From: a virus
Lineage: Duplodnaviria; Caudoviricetes
Strand: one strand, 5' to 3'
DNA: 34,661 nucleotides
IMG/VR virus record: IMGVR_UViG_3300048579_000438
Span: 1 to 34,661 of that record
The position numbers were made by a program, and so were the translations under genes. Positions 25,549 to 34,086 of this stretch are shown in pieces. A model generated the notes under the pieces. The model searched no databases. It saw only the letters and a program-made list of their open reading frames with translations, and had not been told where the DNA came from. The stretch's first letter is position 1; every line of letters starts with the position of its first letter.

Positions 25549-26675
25549 TACTCAATAACCGGATCAGTTCCGTACTCTTTTTTGTACAGTGCTTTAAACT
25601 GGTCTGGATTAGTTTTTGGCATCTCTTCAAGCTCCTTTTTAGCATTGTTCTGATACCAATTCCAGTCTTTTGTCTGGTCATCTGCACCTGTGCCTGAACC
25701 TTTGCCTCCGGTGATCACGTTTGTAATTGGCGATTTGGTTCCCAATCCGGACAATACGGTGTTCAATACTTCAATACCACTGGCTTCGCCAATGCCTTCA
25801 TAAGTCGGGCGGGTTTCAGCGGTAATTTTACCGGCAGTTTGTGCCGTATCCAGGGCAGCTTTAATGGCGGCAGTCTTTTTGGTTTTCGCTTCAGTTTCCA
25901 AAGCGGTTAACCTGTCGCTGTTTTCTTTAAACTTTGCCTGTAAAGCAGCAAGTACAGCAGTGTCCGAACTTTCTTCGGTAACACCAACCAGCCCAAAGGC
26001 TGCAATCAATTCTTTTTTCATTGTATCACTATTTTTAGGTAAAAAATGTTCTTTGGCACTGGCTACAAACTGGTTGTAAATAGCCTCTTCGCCCATGTTT
26101 TCAATGGTTTTCTTATCAAGAGCGGCAATGCTGGCAACCGATTCTATTTTTTTACCTGCAAGCCGGTATTCAATCATTTCATCGGCACTCAACCAATGAT
26201 CCTGACCATCAAAAAACAATGCCTTTATTTCATCGGCGGTTTTGCCTGTGCGTTGCGCGAGTGTCTTAAGGAAGTTTCCTTCAATTTTCAGTAGTATAGT
26301 TGCCTCAGCCAGGTGAGCCGAAGCATCGCCACCCATTCCACTGGTTGGGCGGTGTATCATTCCGAATCCGTTGGCAGCAATCGAAATGTTTTCAACAGGC
26401 ACATAAGGTAAGATCATGCAGGCCATCGAAGCGGCAATGCCGTCGATGATAATGTTTATTTTCATGGTCGACCGTGCAAAAGCACCGCCAATTACATCGC
26501 CTTCCATCACGGTACCGCCGTATGAGTGAAGCCTGAATGTTGCTTCTGTTACACCATCGGCCTCCAGTTGATCCAGTATCGAAGTGAAATTCTGACCGTC
26601 GATAAACCAACCGCCAATCGATCCGTACATCTTAACCTCAGCCTGCGTTTTACTCAACCTCTTAATAAGTGCCAT
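25548..26675 (-). CDS. ClpP-like prohead protease with C-terminal scaffold
   Basis: LHSYGGTV.EG, IDGIAASMA (Ser), MIHRP (His), WLSADEM; coiled-coil C-terminal half with a probable internal start at 26021. Confidence 0.9.
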   Translation of the reverse strand: MALIKRLSKTQAEVKMYGSIGGWFIDGQNFTSILDQLEADGVTEATFRLHSYGGTVMEGDVIGGAFARSTMKINIIIDGIAASMACMILPYVPVENISIAANGFGMIHRPTSGMGGDASAHLAEATILLKIEGNFLKTLAQRTGKTADEIKALFFDGQDHWLSADEMIEYRLAGKKIESVASIAALDKKTIENMGEEAIYNQFVASAKEHFLPKNSDTMKKELIAAFGLVGVTEESSDTAVLAALQAKFKENSDRLTALETEAKTKKTAAIKAALDTAQTAGKITAETRPTYEGIGEASGIEVLNTVLSGLGTKSPITNVITGGKGSGTGADDQTKDWNWYQNNAKKELEEMPKTNPDQFKALYKKEYGTDPVIE

Positions 26676-26800
26676 AATCCGTGCAATTCGTTTTAATTCG
26701 TGAAAATTGAACTTTTAAAATGCCGCCCTATCCTCACATTGGAAGCCTGGCAGTATAGGTTTTCGGGCGGCATCTTTCCCCTTTCTCTCACCAAAGTTTG

Positions 26801-26873
26801 TAGCGGGAGCCAGACTCGAACTAGCGACCTCGGGGGTATGAGCCCCGCGAGCTACCAACTGCTCTATCCCGCA
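26801..26873 (-). tRNA. tRNA-fMet (CAT), initiator type
   Basis: TGCGGGA TA GAGC AGTTGGTA GCTC G CGGGG CTCATAC CCCCG AGGTC GCTAG TTCGAGT CTGGC TCCCGCT A; 1:72 mismatch, A11:U24, G29-31:C39-41; CCA not encoded. Confidence 0.92.
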
Positions 26874-27007
26874 ATTTTCGGCTAATTTATAGGAGCTTTA
26901 AACATGCTGTACTACCTGTATTGTATGCACTTTATAGTACTATCAATGAATTTTATTGAATAATAAAACCCATTTATTTACAATAATTAAGTCGCGCATA
27001 CTGCTGC

Positions 27008-27015
27008 TAATTTTG
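27008..27015 (+). promoter_or_regulatory. Candidate -7 element for the rightward late operon
   Basis: TAATTTTG 19 nt upstream of the terS start; no -33 TTTG at canonical spacing. Confidence 0.4.
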
Positions 27016-27034
27016 GATTTAAAAACTGTTCAAA

Positions 27035-27523
27035 ATGGCTAAGAAAATGAAGGTCAAACAGCAGGTGAAGCGGGCATCTCCAGCCGAAATAAGTCACGCA
27101 GAAACCTTGTTTTGTGAAAAGAAATGGACTCCGGAGGCAATTGCTGAAGCTTTGAATCGCGACATCAAAACGATTTACGCCTGGCGCGATAAGTACCTAT
27201 GGGAAGAAACCCGCGATTTATTTGATACTGGCCCAACAGAACTAAAGAAAATCCTGCTTAAAGAAGCCGTTCGTATAGCCAAAGGAGATGTCAGGAAAGA
27301 CGAAAACGGCAACGAGCAGAAGGCCATTGATGCCGATTCACTAAGCAAAGTTATGAAGGCATACGATTACATGAGCCAGAAGGCAAGCCCGTCGGTTTGT
27401 CGTGATATACTTATGGAGTTTGATAACTGGCTCAGTACTAAAGATGCCAAACTAGCAGCCGATATGACCATGTATCACAAGATGTTTTTAATCTACAAAA
27501 TTCAGTTGGAAAGTGGCAATTAA
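27035..27523 (+). CDS. Terminase small subunit-like HTH protein
   Basis: AETLF..TPEAIAEALNRDIKTIYAWRDKYLW; overlaps terL. Confidence 0.75.
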   Translation: MAKKMKVKQQVKRASPAEISHAETLFCEKKWTPEAIAEALNRDIKTIYAWRDKYLWEETRDLFDTGPTELKKILLKEAVRIAKGDVRKDENGNEQKAIDADSLSKVMKAYDYMSQKASPSVCRDILMEFDNWLSTKDAKLAADMTMYHKMFLIYKIQLESGN

Positions 27524-29066
27524 CTACGATAAGATACTACGTGAATACGAACTGCACTGTGAGCGCATACATAAAGCTGCTTACGTTGATATTGGTGAAT
27601 CAGCCGATGAGAAATTCAAAAGAATCAAGAGGCTGGAAAAGACTTATATCAAATGGTTCGAATACTATTTTCCTGAATACGCTACCTGTGAAAGTGCACC
27701 TTTTCACGAAAAAATATCCGACACTATCATTTTCAATCCGATTGTAAAGGTGTTAAATGATGCCTTCCGTGGATCAGCAAAATCAGTTCATACGATGCTC
27801 GGAATTCCTTTATTCCTGGCATTGGCAAAGAAAGAAATTTGGTTCATGTTGCTTATTGGTGAGAATGAAGATAAAGCCATAAGGTTGCTGTCGGATATTC
27901 AGGCAAACCTCAAGTACAACAACCGGCTTATTAACGATTACGGCAACCAGTTTAAACATGGCGATTGGGCTGAAGGTAATTTCACCACTAAAGACGGGGT
28001 TCATTTTCGCGCGTTAGGTTTTGGTCAGGACCCGCGAGGTCTTCGCAACGGTGAACACCGTCCAGACTACATTGGTTGCGATGATATTGATACCCTCAAA
28101 CGATGTAATAATGACAGGCTGATCCGTGAGGCTGTTGATTACATTACCGGTACGCTTTGGGGCTGCTTCGATAAAGGTCATGAACGCTTTGTTTTCAATA
28201 ACAACCTGATCCATAAAAATTCAATCATGGCTAAACTGATTGAATTGTCGGTTATTGCTAACAAAGAAGCCAAAGCTTCAGGATTGCAAAAACAATTCTA
28301 TCACTTTAAGATAAAAGCAATTCTGGATGACAACTTTACGCCATCATGGCCAGCCAAATATACATCACAGTACTGGCGCGAAAAACGGGCATCAACACCA
28401 TATCGCTCCTGGATGCGCGAATACATGTGCACACCTTTGGTTGACGGAACCATATTCAATCCGGAGTGGATTCAGCACAAGAAAATGCTTCCGTTACACC
28501 GATATGACGCACTTGTCATGTATGGTGACCTTTCATATAAAGACAAAGGCGACTACAAAGCATTAGGCTTGATTGGTAAAACCGGACGTGAGTTTCACGT
28601 CATTCATTCATTTGTACGCCAAACTTCAAGGGCTATTTGTGCATCATGGCTTTACGATTTGTACGAAAAGAAGCGATTGGAGAAATGCAACATTCAATAT
28701 TTCATTGAGGGACTTTTCGCCCAGGATGAATTTGTAAATGACTTCGACCTGGAAGGCGACAACAGGGGCTATTACATTCCTGTGGTTGCTGACAAAGAGA
28801 CGAAGGGAAACAAATATGACCGTATTGAAAGCATGGCGGGTTATTTCGAGAGGCTCAATATATTCTTCAACGAGGAAGAAAAAGCATACCAGGGACAAGT
28901 TAACCTGATTGACCAGCTATTAGCCTTCGAGAAAGGAAGTGGCGCAAACGACGACGGCCCCGATATGCTACAGTCTGGAATAGCCAAATTGAATAAAGTA
29001 ACGTTCGTCGAAAAGTTCGATGTCAAAATAATTCCCAGGTCAAACTATCAAAACAATAGATTCTAA
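27513..29066 (+). CDS. Terminase large subunit
   Basis: Walker A FRGSAKS, RGLR..RPD.I.CDD Walker B, nuclease motifs GDLS and DDGPD; GTG start. Confidence 0.92.
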   Translation: MAINYDKILREYELHCERIHKAAYVDIGESADEKFKRIKRLEKTYIKWFEYYFPEYATCESAPFHEKISDTIIFNPIVKVLNDAFRGSAKSVHTMLGIPLFLALAKKEIWFMLLIGENEDKAIRLLSDIQANLKYNNRLINDYGNQFKHGDWAEGNFTTKDGVHFRALGFGQDPRGLRNGEHRPDYIGCDDIDTLKRCNNDRLIREAVDYITGTLWGCFDKGHERFVFNNNLIHKNSIMAKLIELSVIANKEAKASGLQKQFYHFKIKAILDDNFTPSWPAKYTSQYWREKRASTPYRSWMREYMCTPLVDGTIFNPEWIQHKKMLPLHRYDALVMYGDLSYKDKGDYKALGLIGKTGREFHVIHSFVRQTSRAICASWLYDLYEKKRLEKCNIQYFIEGLFAQDEFVNDFDLEGDNRGYYIPVVADKETKGNKYDRIESMAGYFERLNIFFNEEEKAYQGQVNLIDQLLAFEKGSGANDDGPDMLQSGIAKLNKVTFVEKFDVKIIPRSNYQNNRF

Positions 29067-29533
29067 TGGCACGATTCATTTTAGAAACCGATTACGCAAT
29101 GCAGATTAAACAGGAGATCATCCGTTTGCTCACTGCACCAACCGACTGGTATAGTTCAGCCAAACTGGTAAGGGCCGAACAAACAGCCATATCGCAAATC
29201 AAAAACCGCATTGGCAAACGGTACGACTGCGCTCTCATTTTCGCACCACTATTACCACCGGCACAGGGTGTAGGTGAGCAAATCGATAGCCGAGATCAGT
29301 GGATTGTAACCATTACCATCGACATCGCTCTTTATCACCTCTACAGCCAAACCGGAATGAAAGACCTTCCGGAGCATCGCGCAGCCCGATACCAGGATGC
29401 CATTGATTGGCTAAAGGATGTGGGCAATGGTTCAACCACTGCCGATCTTCCGGTAATTACCGATAACACCACCGGCGAAGAGTATTCTGAAGTACGCATT
29501 TGGGGCCGTGAGCCCATCGACCATAAATATTAA
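29066..29533 (+). CDS. Mu gp36-like (DUF1320) head-tail connector
   Basis: DIALYHLY..RY..AIDWLKDV..G...DLP. Confidence 0.85.
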   Translation: MARFILETDYAMQIKQEIIRLLTAPTDWYSSAKLVRAEQTAISQIKNRIGKRYDCALIFAPLLPPAQGVGEQIDSRDQWIVTITIDIALYHLYSQTGMKDLPEHRAARYQDAIDWLKDVGNGSTTADLPVITDNTTGEEYSEVRIWGREPIDHKY

Positions 29534-29544
29534 ATCTATTTCAA

Positions 29545-32148
29545 ATGGGCATTAAAGATTTTTTTGGACGTTCAAAAAGTACGGAAGTACCTAAAACCGA
29601 ACAGCCAACCAATGTGGCAACTGGTGTGACTAAAACCGATCTGGCCATTATCAACAAAATTGTTGGTGAGTTTAAAGACCGTTCGCGCAAACAAGTCCGC
29701 CAGTGGCGCGATGCTATGACCGCCACCGAAAGTATAGATAACCCGCGCTGGTATTTGTTGCAGGATATTTTTGATGACATGATTGATGCTCACCTGGCAT
29801 CAGTAATAGACACGCGCAAAATGTCAACAACTAATCACCGGTTTTATGTGGTTGACAAAAAGACAGGCGAACAGCTTGAGGAGCAAACCAACTTCCTGAA
29901 TAAAAAGTGGTTTTTCGACGCAATGGATTATGCGCTCGATTCCATCAATAAAAAATATACATACCTGCAATTTCTGCGCAACGGCGATTCAATTCAGGTA
30001 GTTTTTATACCACGACGGAACATTTGCCCACAAAACAACCGGTTATACACTGAGGTGAGTGGCGACAGGTACATTGATCTTTCACTTGAGAAAGATGTAA
30101 TTGGCATTATTCACCACTCCGACTTTGGCATTTTAAACGACGTTGTACCCAACTGGATTTGGAAGAAAAACGCACTCCAGGCATGGGCTGAGTTTGGCGA
30201 AAAGTTCGGAATGCCGCTGATAACAGCTACAACCGCCAATAAACAGGACATTGCACGTATCGAGACCATGCTCAAAAAAATGGGCGAAGCTGCTCAGGCT
30301 GTTTTACCAACTGGCACTACGGTCGATGTTCACGATCTGGCAAACCGTGGTAATGTAAAAGGTGTGTACGAAGGTCAGGCAGCATTCCATAACAATGAGA
30401 TTAGCAAACGCTTCCTCGGAGGTACAATGGTTTCTGATAACGGTAGCTCAAGAAGCCAGTCTGAAGTTCACGAGCGAACGCTCGATGATAAGATTGCCGT
30501 TGCTGATAAGCGTTTCTTTACGTTCATGGTCAACGATCAGTTGTTTCCGGTACTTCAATTGCTCGGTTTCCCGTTCGATAATACCAAAATGGCTTTTCAG
30601 TACGACGAAACTGAAAGCCTAAGCCTGAGCGAACACTGGAAGATCGTAAGCGATGCCGCTGAAAAGTTCGAGTTTGATGATAAAGGCGTTGAGTGGATCG
30701 CCAAAACTTTCAACATCCCTATCACTGGTGTAAAACAAAACGCCGCTCCTGCTAATCCTGGCCAGTCTTTTAATAATGCCACCACTACGCGGGCATTGGC
30801 GGTGGCTAATGGAATCGATCTGCCCGACTATTTTACACCGTCATTGCGAGCACAGCGAAGCAATCCGTCAGCCGCAACGTCCAATAAATCGCTACTCGAC
30901 GAACTCGACGTTTTCGATCAACAAATAGCCTCCTTTCTGTACAACGATAAAATAACTGAAGCCGATCGACAGCGGTTATTGAAGTCGAAACGTGTGGCTG
31001 AAGACATTCGCGACGGATTATTTTCTGGATGGGGTAACCGCCGCACAGAGATAAACTGGAACGCTCCGGATCACCGCGCACTGGCAGCAATGGAAATGAA
31101 CCTTTTCCGCTTTGCCGATGCCAAAACACGCGCTGAAGTTGTACTCATTAATGGTTTGCTGATTGACAAAGAAAAGAACGAAATCCGTTCTGAAGCTGAC
31201 TTCATTGCCCAAGCCAAAAAGGTCAACTCGCTGTTCAACGAGACGCACTTGAGTGTTGAGCGAAACTTTGCGATCGCAACCGGTCAAACATCGGCCCGTT
31301 GGTTTGAGTTTATGGGCGAAAAGAATACGGTTAAAACATGGCAGTACCAAACTGCCGGTGATGACCATGTTCGACCAGGACACGCCGCGCTCGATGGCCG
31401 TATATTTTATTTTGATGATGTCGAAGCCCGTCGCGTATGGCCACCAAACGGAATAGAATGCCGGTGCGAAGGCAACCAGCACTTAGGCAAACCAGGCAAA
31501 GAGCTGATGACAGGTAACGATGCTGTTCAGTTGGCGTTTGCATCAGCCAAAGAGCGCGAAATGTATGGCATTAACCGTGCCGATGCCGGTGTTGTATTCC
31601 AGCAAAACCAGATGTACCTCGGAACTCTGAAGGATGCTAAAGGCAAAAAGTCATTCGGCAAACCAATAAACGACTATACGTTTACCGACTATGGCCTCAA
31701 AAAATGGAAGGATATAGATGGTTTAACCGCGCTGAAGCTGGATAAAACAATCACGCCCGACAACGTTGGCGAACTGTTCAGTGATAACGCCGGTACCGGA
31801 AGTTACAAGGCTATGGGCTTCGATGACTACCTGAAGCGTAAGCTCATCATCAAGGAAAATACTTTTGCTCAGCATACCAAAGGCAAATATGTTACCGATA
31901 ATGAATTGCGTCATCAGTTATTCCCTCATATATCCGACGTGCTTACGTCGCCCGACGAAATGTACCTGCGCAACTATGCAAAAGGCGACAAAGAACAGTT
32001 ACGGTACATCAAGTTTTACAACGATCAGGTATTAACTGTCGATTGCGAAGTGACCAACGATGCGCTTGAGATTAAAACATGGTATCAACAGAAAGTTGAT
32101 GATTCGAAGTTGAGAACAGGAATGCTTATAAATGCAAAAAACGTTTGA
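29545..32148 (+). CDS. Portal (DUF935-like) fused to MuF and a PBECR2-like nuclease domain
   Basis: Portal motifs WAEFGEKFGMP, NNEISKRFLGGTM, SEVHE; MuF YQTAGDDHVRPGH..PPNGIECRC; C-terminal LFPHISDVLTSPDEMYL..RYIKFY..IKTWY. Confidence 0.82.
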   Translation: MGIKDFFGRSKSTEVPKTEQPTNVATGVTKTDLAIINKIVGEFKDRSRKQVRQWRDAMTATESIDNPRWYLLQDIFDDMIDAHLASVIDTRKMSTTNHRFYVVDKKTGEQLEEQTNFLNKKWFFDAMDYALDSINKKYTYLQFLRNGDSIQVVFIPRRNICPQNNRLYTEVSGDRYIDLSLEKDVIGIIHHSDFGILNDVVPNWIWKKNALQAWAEFGEKFGMPLITATTANKQDIARIETMLKKMGEAAQAVLPTGTTVDVHDLANRGNVKGVYEGQAAFHNNEISKRFLGGTMVSDNGSSRSQSEVHERTLDDKIAVADKRFFTFMVNDQLFPVLQLLGFPFDNTKMAFQYDETESLSLSEHWKIVSDAAEKFEFDDKGVEWIAKTFNIPITGVKQNAAPANPGQSFNNATTTRALAVANGIDLPDYFTPSLRAQRSNPSAATSNKSLLDELDVFDQQIASFLYNDKITEADRQRLLKSKRVAEDIRDGLFSGWGNRRTEINWNAPDHRALAAMEMNLFRFADAKTRAEVVLINGLLIDKEKNEIRSEADFIAQAKKVNSLFNETHLSVERNFAIATGQTSARWFEFMGEKNTVKTWQYQTAGDDHVRPGHAALDGRIFYFDDVEARRVWPPNGIECRCEGNQHLGKPGKELMTGNDAVQLAFASAKEREMYGINRADAGVVFQQNQMYLGTLKDAKGKKSFGKPINDYTFTDYGLKKWKDIDGLTALKLDKTITPDNVGELFSDNAGTGSYKAMGFDDYLKRKLIIKENTFAQHTKGKYVTDNELRHQLFPHISDVLTSPDEMYLRNYAKGDKEQLRYIKFYNDQVLTVDCEVTNDALEIKTWYQQKVDDSKLRTGMLINAKNV
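30839..30866. repeat. REP/RPE-like element in frame in the portal-MuF linker
   Basis: CGTCATTGCGAGCACAGCGAAGCAATCC, encoding SLRAQRSNP. Confidence 0.65.
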
Positions 32149-32243
32149 AGGTGTCCCGAAGTCCTGTAAAGGATATTGTGATCTCGAAGAGGTTGCTAAA
32201 AACAAGCATTAACCCCCGCTTCAAACCCTCAAACGTTTTTTAA
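32136..32243 (-). ncRNA. Candidate structured small RNA convergent on the nuclease domain
   Basis: 16-17 bp closing stem (32226-32241 with 32136-32151), internal hairpins, 3' U6 tract, upstream TATGTTTG -7 element at 32256-32249. Confidence 0.55.
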
Positions 32244-32268
32244 TAACACAAACATACAACTTTTTACA

Positions 32269-34086
32269 ATGGCAAACGGTGTATCAAAACTACAGTTACT
32301 TATCGATCTGAAAAACAAGTTAAAGCTTGGTTTAGATCAGGCCAAACAACAGGTATCAAAAGCAACCGGAGCCATGCAGGCTAAACTAGATGCTTTTAAG
32401 ACAAAGAACTTAGAGCTTTTTAATGCCATTGAGGAGCGCGTTCCTGGTGTAAGTAACGCATTGAGTATGCTCACCAATCCGTATGTACTTATTACCGTAG
32501 CTGCTTTAGCAGCGGGTGCAGCTATTTTCAAGTTCACTGCAATGGCTAATAAGTGGCACGAAGGTTTAGCTGAAATCAATGTTACAGCCGGTTTAACTCA
32601 AAAGGAACTTGGAGGCTTATCTGTTAAGCTGCTCGAAATTGGTGGCCGAAACGTCGCACCGCTCGAAGAAGTTCCCCAGGCATTCAACCGCATTATATCG
32701 GCAGGTCTCGATGTTAAAACGTCGCTTGACGCGCTCGAACCGACGCTACGCGCATCCAAAGCCGGTTTTGCTGACATCGAAACGACAGCAATGGCGGCTG
32801 TATCTGTTATGAACTCCTCTGGGCGCGATGTCAATTACGTTTACGATGTATTGTTTGAGACCGTCAAAGCAGGTAATGCCAATTTTAAGGAGATAGCGCA
32901 ATATCTTCCAAAGATTATTCCTATGGCCCGTAATGCTGGCTTTGCATTGGGAGAAACCGCGGCTGCTTTTGCTTTTTTAACAGCCCAGGGACAAACATCT
33001 GAACGAGCCACCACGCTTACACAGAATGCCATGAAGGCACTGGCCGATCCAGACCGAATTGCAGCTTTTAAAAAGATGGGCATTAACCTGTATGATGCTA
33101 AAGGAAAGATCAAACCGCTGATCGACATTATTGATTTGCTCAATAAAAAGACTGCCGGTCTATCCGATTTATCACGGGCCAATTTTTACGGTGCTTTAGG
33201 CATGGACAGTGAAGCTGCTTCATTTTTTGCAGCGTCGACACAAGATGCCGACAAACTTCGAAAGTATATCGATGAAGTAACCAATAGTCAGGGAGCTTTG
33301 GAACGCGCATATAAAGACTCACTTACACCATTGGAAAGCTGGCATATTGTTCAGAATGCGCTCAAGGTCGAAATGATTAAAATTGGTGAGATATTTCTGC
33401 CAATTATCAGTTCAATTGGTGAAAAAGTACTCGGAATTATCAACTATCTTAAAGAATTATGGCGCACAAATGAGCTTTTCAGGGATAGCATCAAGGCTCT
33501 TGGAGTTGCTTTTGTTGCAATTGGGCAAATATCATGGATGCCTCTAAAACTTTTTTGGAATTTGGCTAAAGGTATTTGGAGTGTAATTTGGGGCATTATA
33601 GACGGAATTGGTATCCTGATTGGTAAAATAACCGGTATAGAAGGCGGTTTTACTGGCCTGTACAATAAAATAAGGCCATACTTAATGTGGATTTACGACT
33701 TTATTAAGCAAATAGGAGGCATGATGTACGATGTTTTAACCCTCAATTTCAAGGGTGTTAAAGACAAATTAACAACGTTCAAAATGCCTGATTTAGCTGA
33801 AATAAAGCAACGGATCAAGGTGGAAACCGAAAGTTCAGGCGATTTTTCCGGGGTTCCCGTTAATGATCCTAACAAACCAGGCAAACCGACAAATCCAACG
33901 GCCAATACGGTACAATCAATTGCATCAGGCTCTCAAACAAAGAGCATTACTATCAATATCGATAGCATGATAAAGAACTTTAACCCAACCAATCAGGAAG
34001 TGAATGGAATGAGTAAAGATCAGCTTGAACGGTTCTTAACCGAAATGTTCCTGCGTGTCGTTAGGTCTGCTGAAACTACAATGTAA
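32269..34086 (+). CDS. Tail tape measure protein (TP901-type core)
   Basis: 605 aa, helical Ala/Leu-rich; D.LF.TV..G..F.EIA..L..I.P.A...G..L.ET.AA.A.LT..G. Confidence 0.88.
   Translation: MANGVSKLQLLIDLKNKLKLGLDQAKQQVSKATGAMQAKLDAFKTKNLELFNAIEERVPGVSNALSMLTNPYVLITVAALAAGAAIFKFTAMANKWHEGLAEINVTAGLTQKELGGLSVKLLEIGGRNVAPLEEVPQAFNRIISAGLDVKTSLDALEPTLRASKAGFADIETTAMAAVSVMNSSGRDVNYVYDVLFETVKAGNANFKEIAQYLPKIIPMARNAGFALGETAAAFAFLTAQGQTSERATTLTQNAMKALADPDRIAAFKKMGINLYDAKGKIKPLIDIIDLLNKKTAGLSDLSRANFYGALGMDSEAASFFAASTQDADKLRKYIDEVTNSQGALERAYKDSLTPLESWHIVQNALKVEMIKIGEIFLPIISSIGEKVLGIINYLKELWRTNELFRDSIKALGVAFVAIGQISWMPLKLFWNLAKGIWSVIWGIIDGIGILIGKITGIEGGFTGLYNKIRPYLMWIYDFIKQIGGMMYDVLTLNFKGVKDKLTTFKMPDLAEIKQRIKVETESSGDFSGVPVNDPNKPGKPTNPTANTVQSIASGSQTKSITINIDSMIKNFNPTNQEVNGMSKDQLERFLTEMFLRVVRSAETTM

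Noticed and set aside
26700-26885. 61-aa track ORF
   Set aside because: Antisense reading of tRNA-fMet
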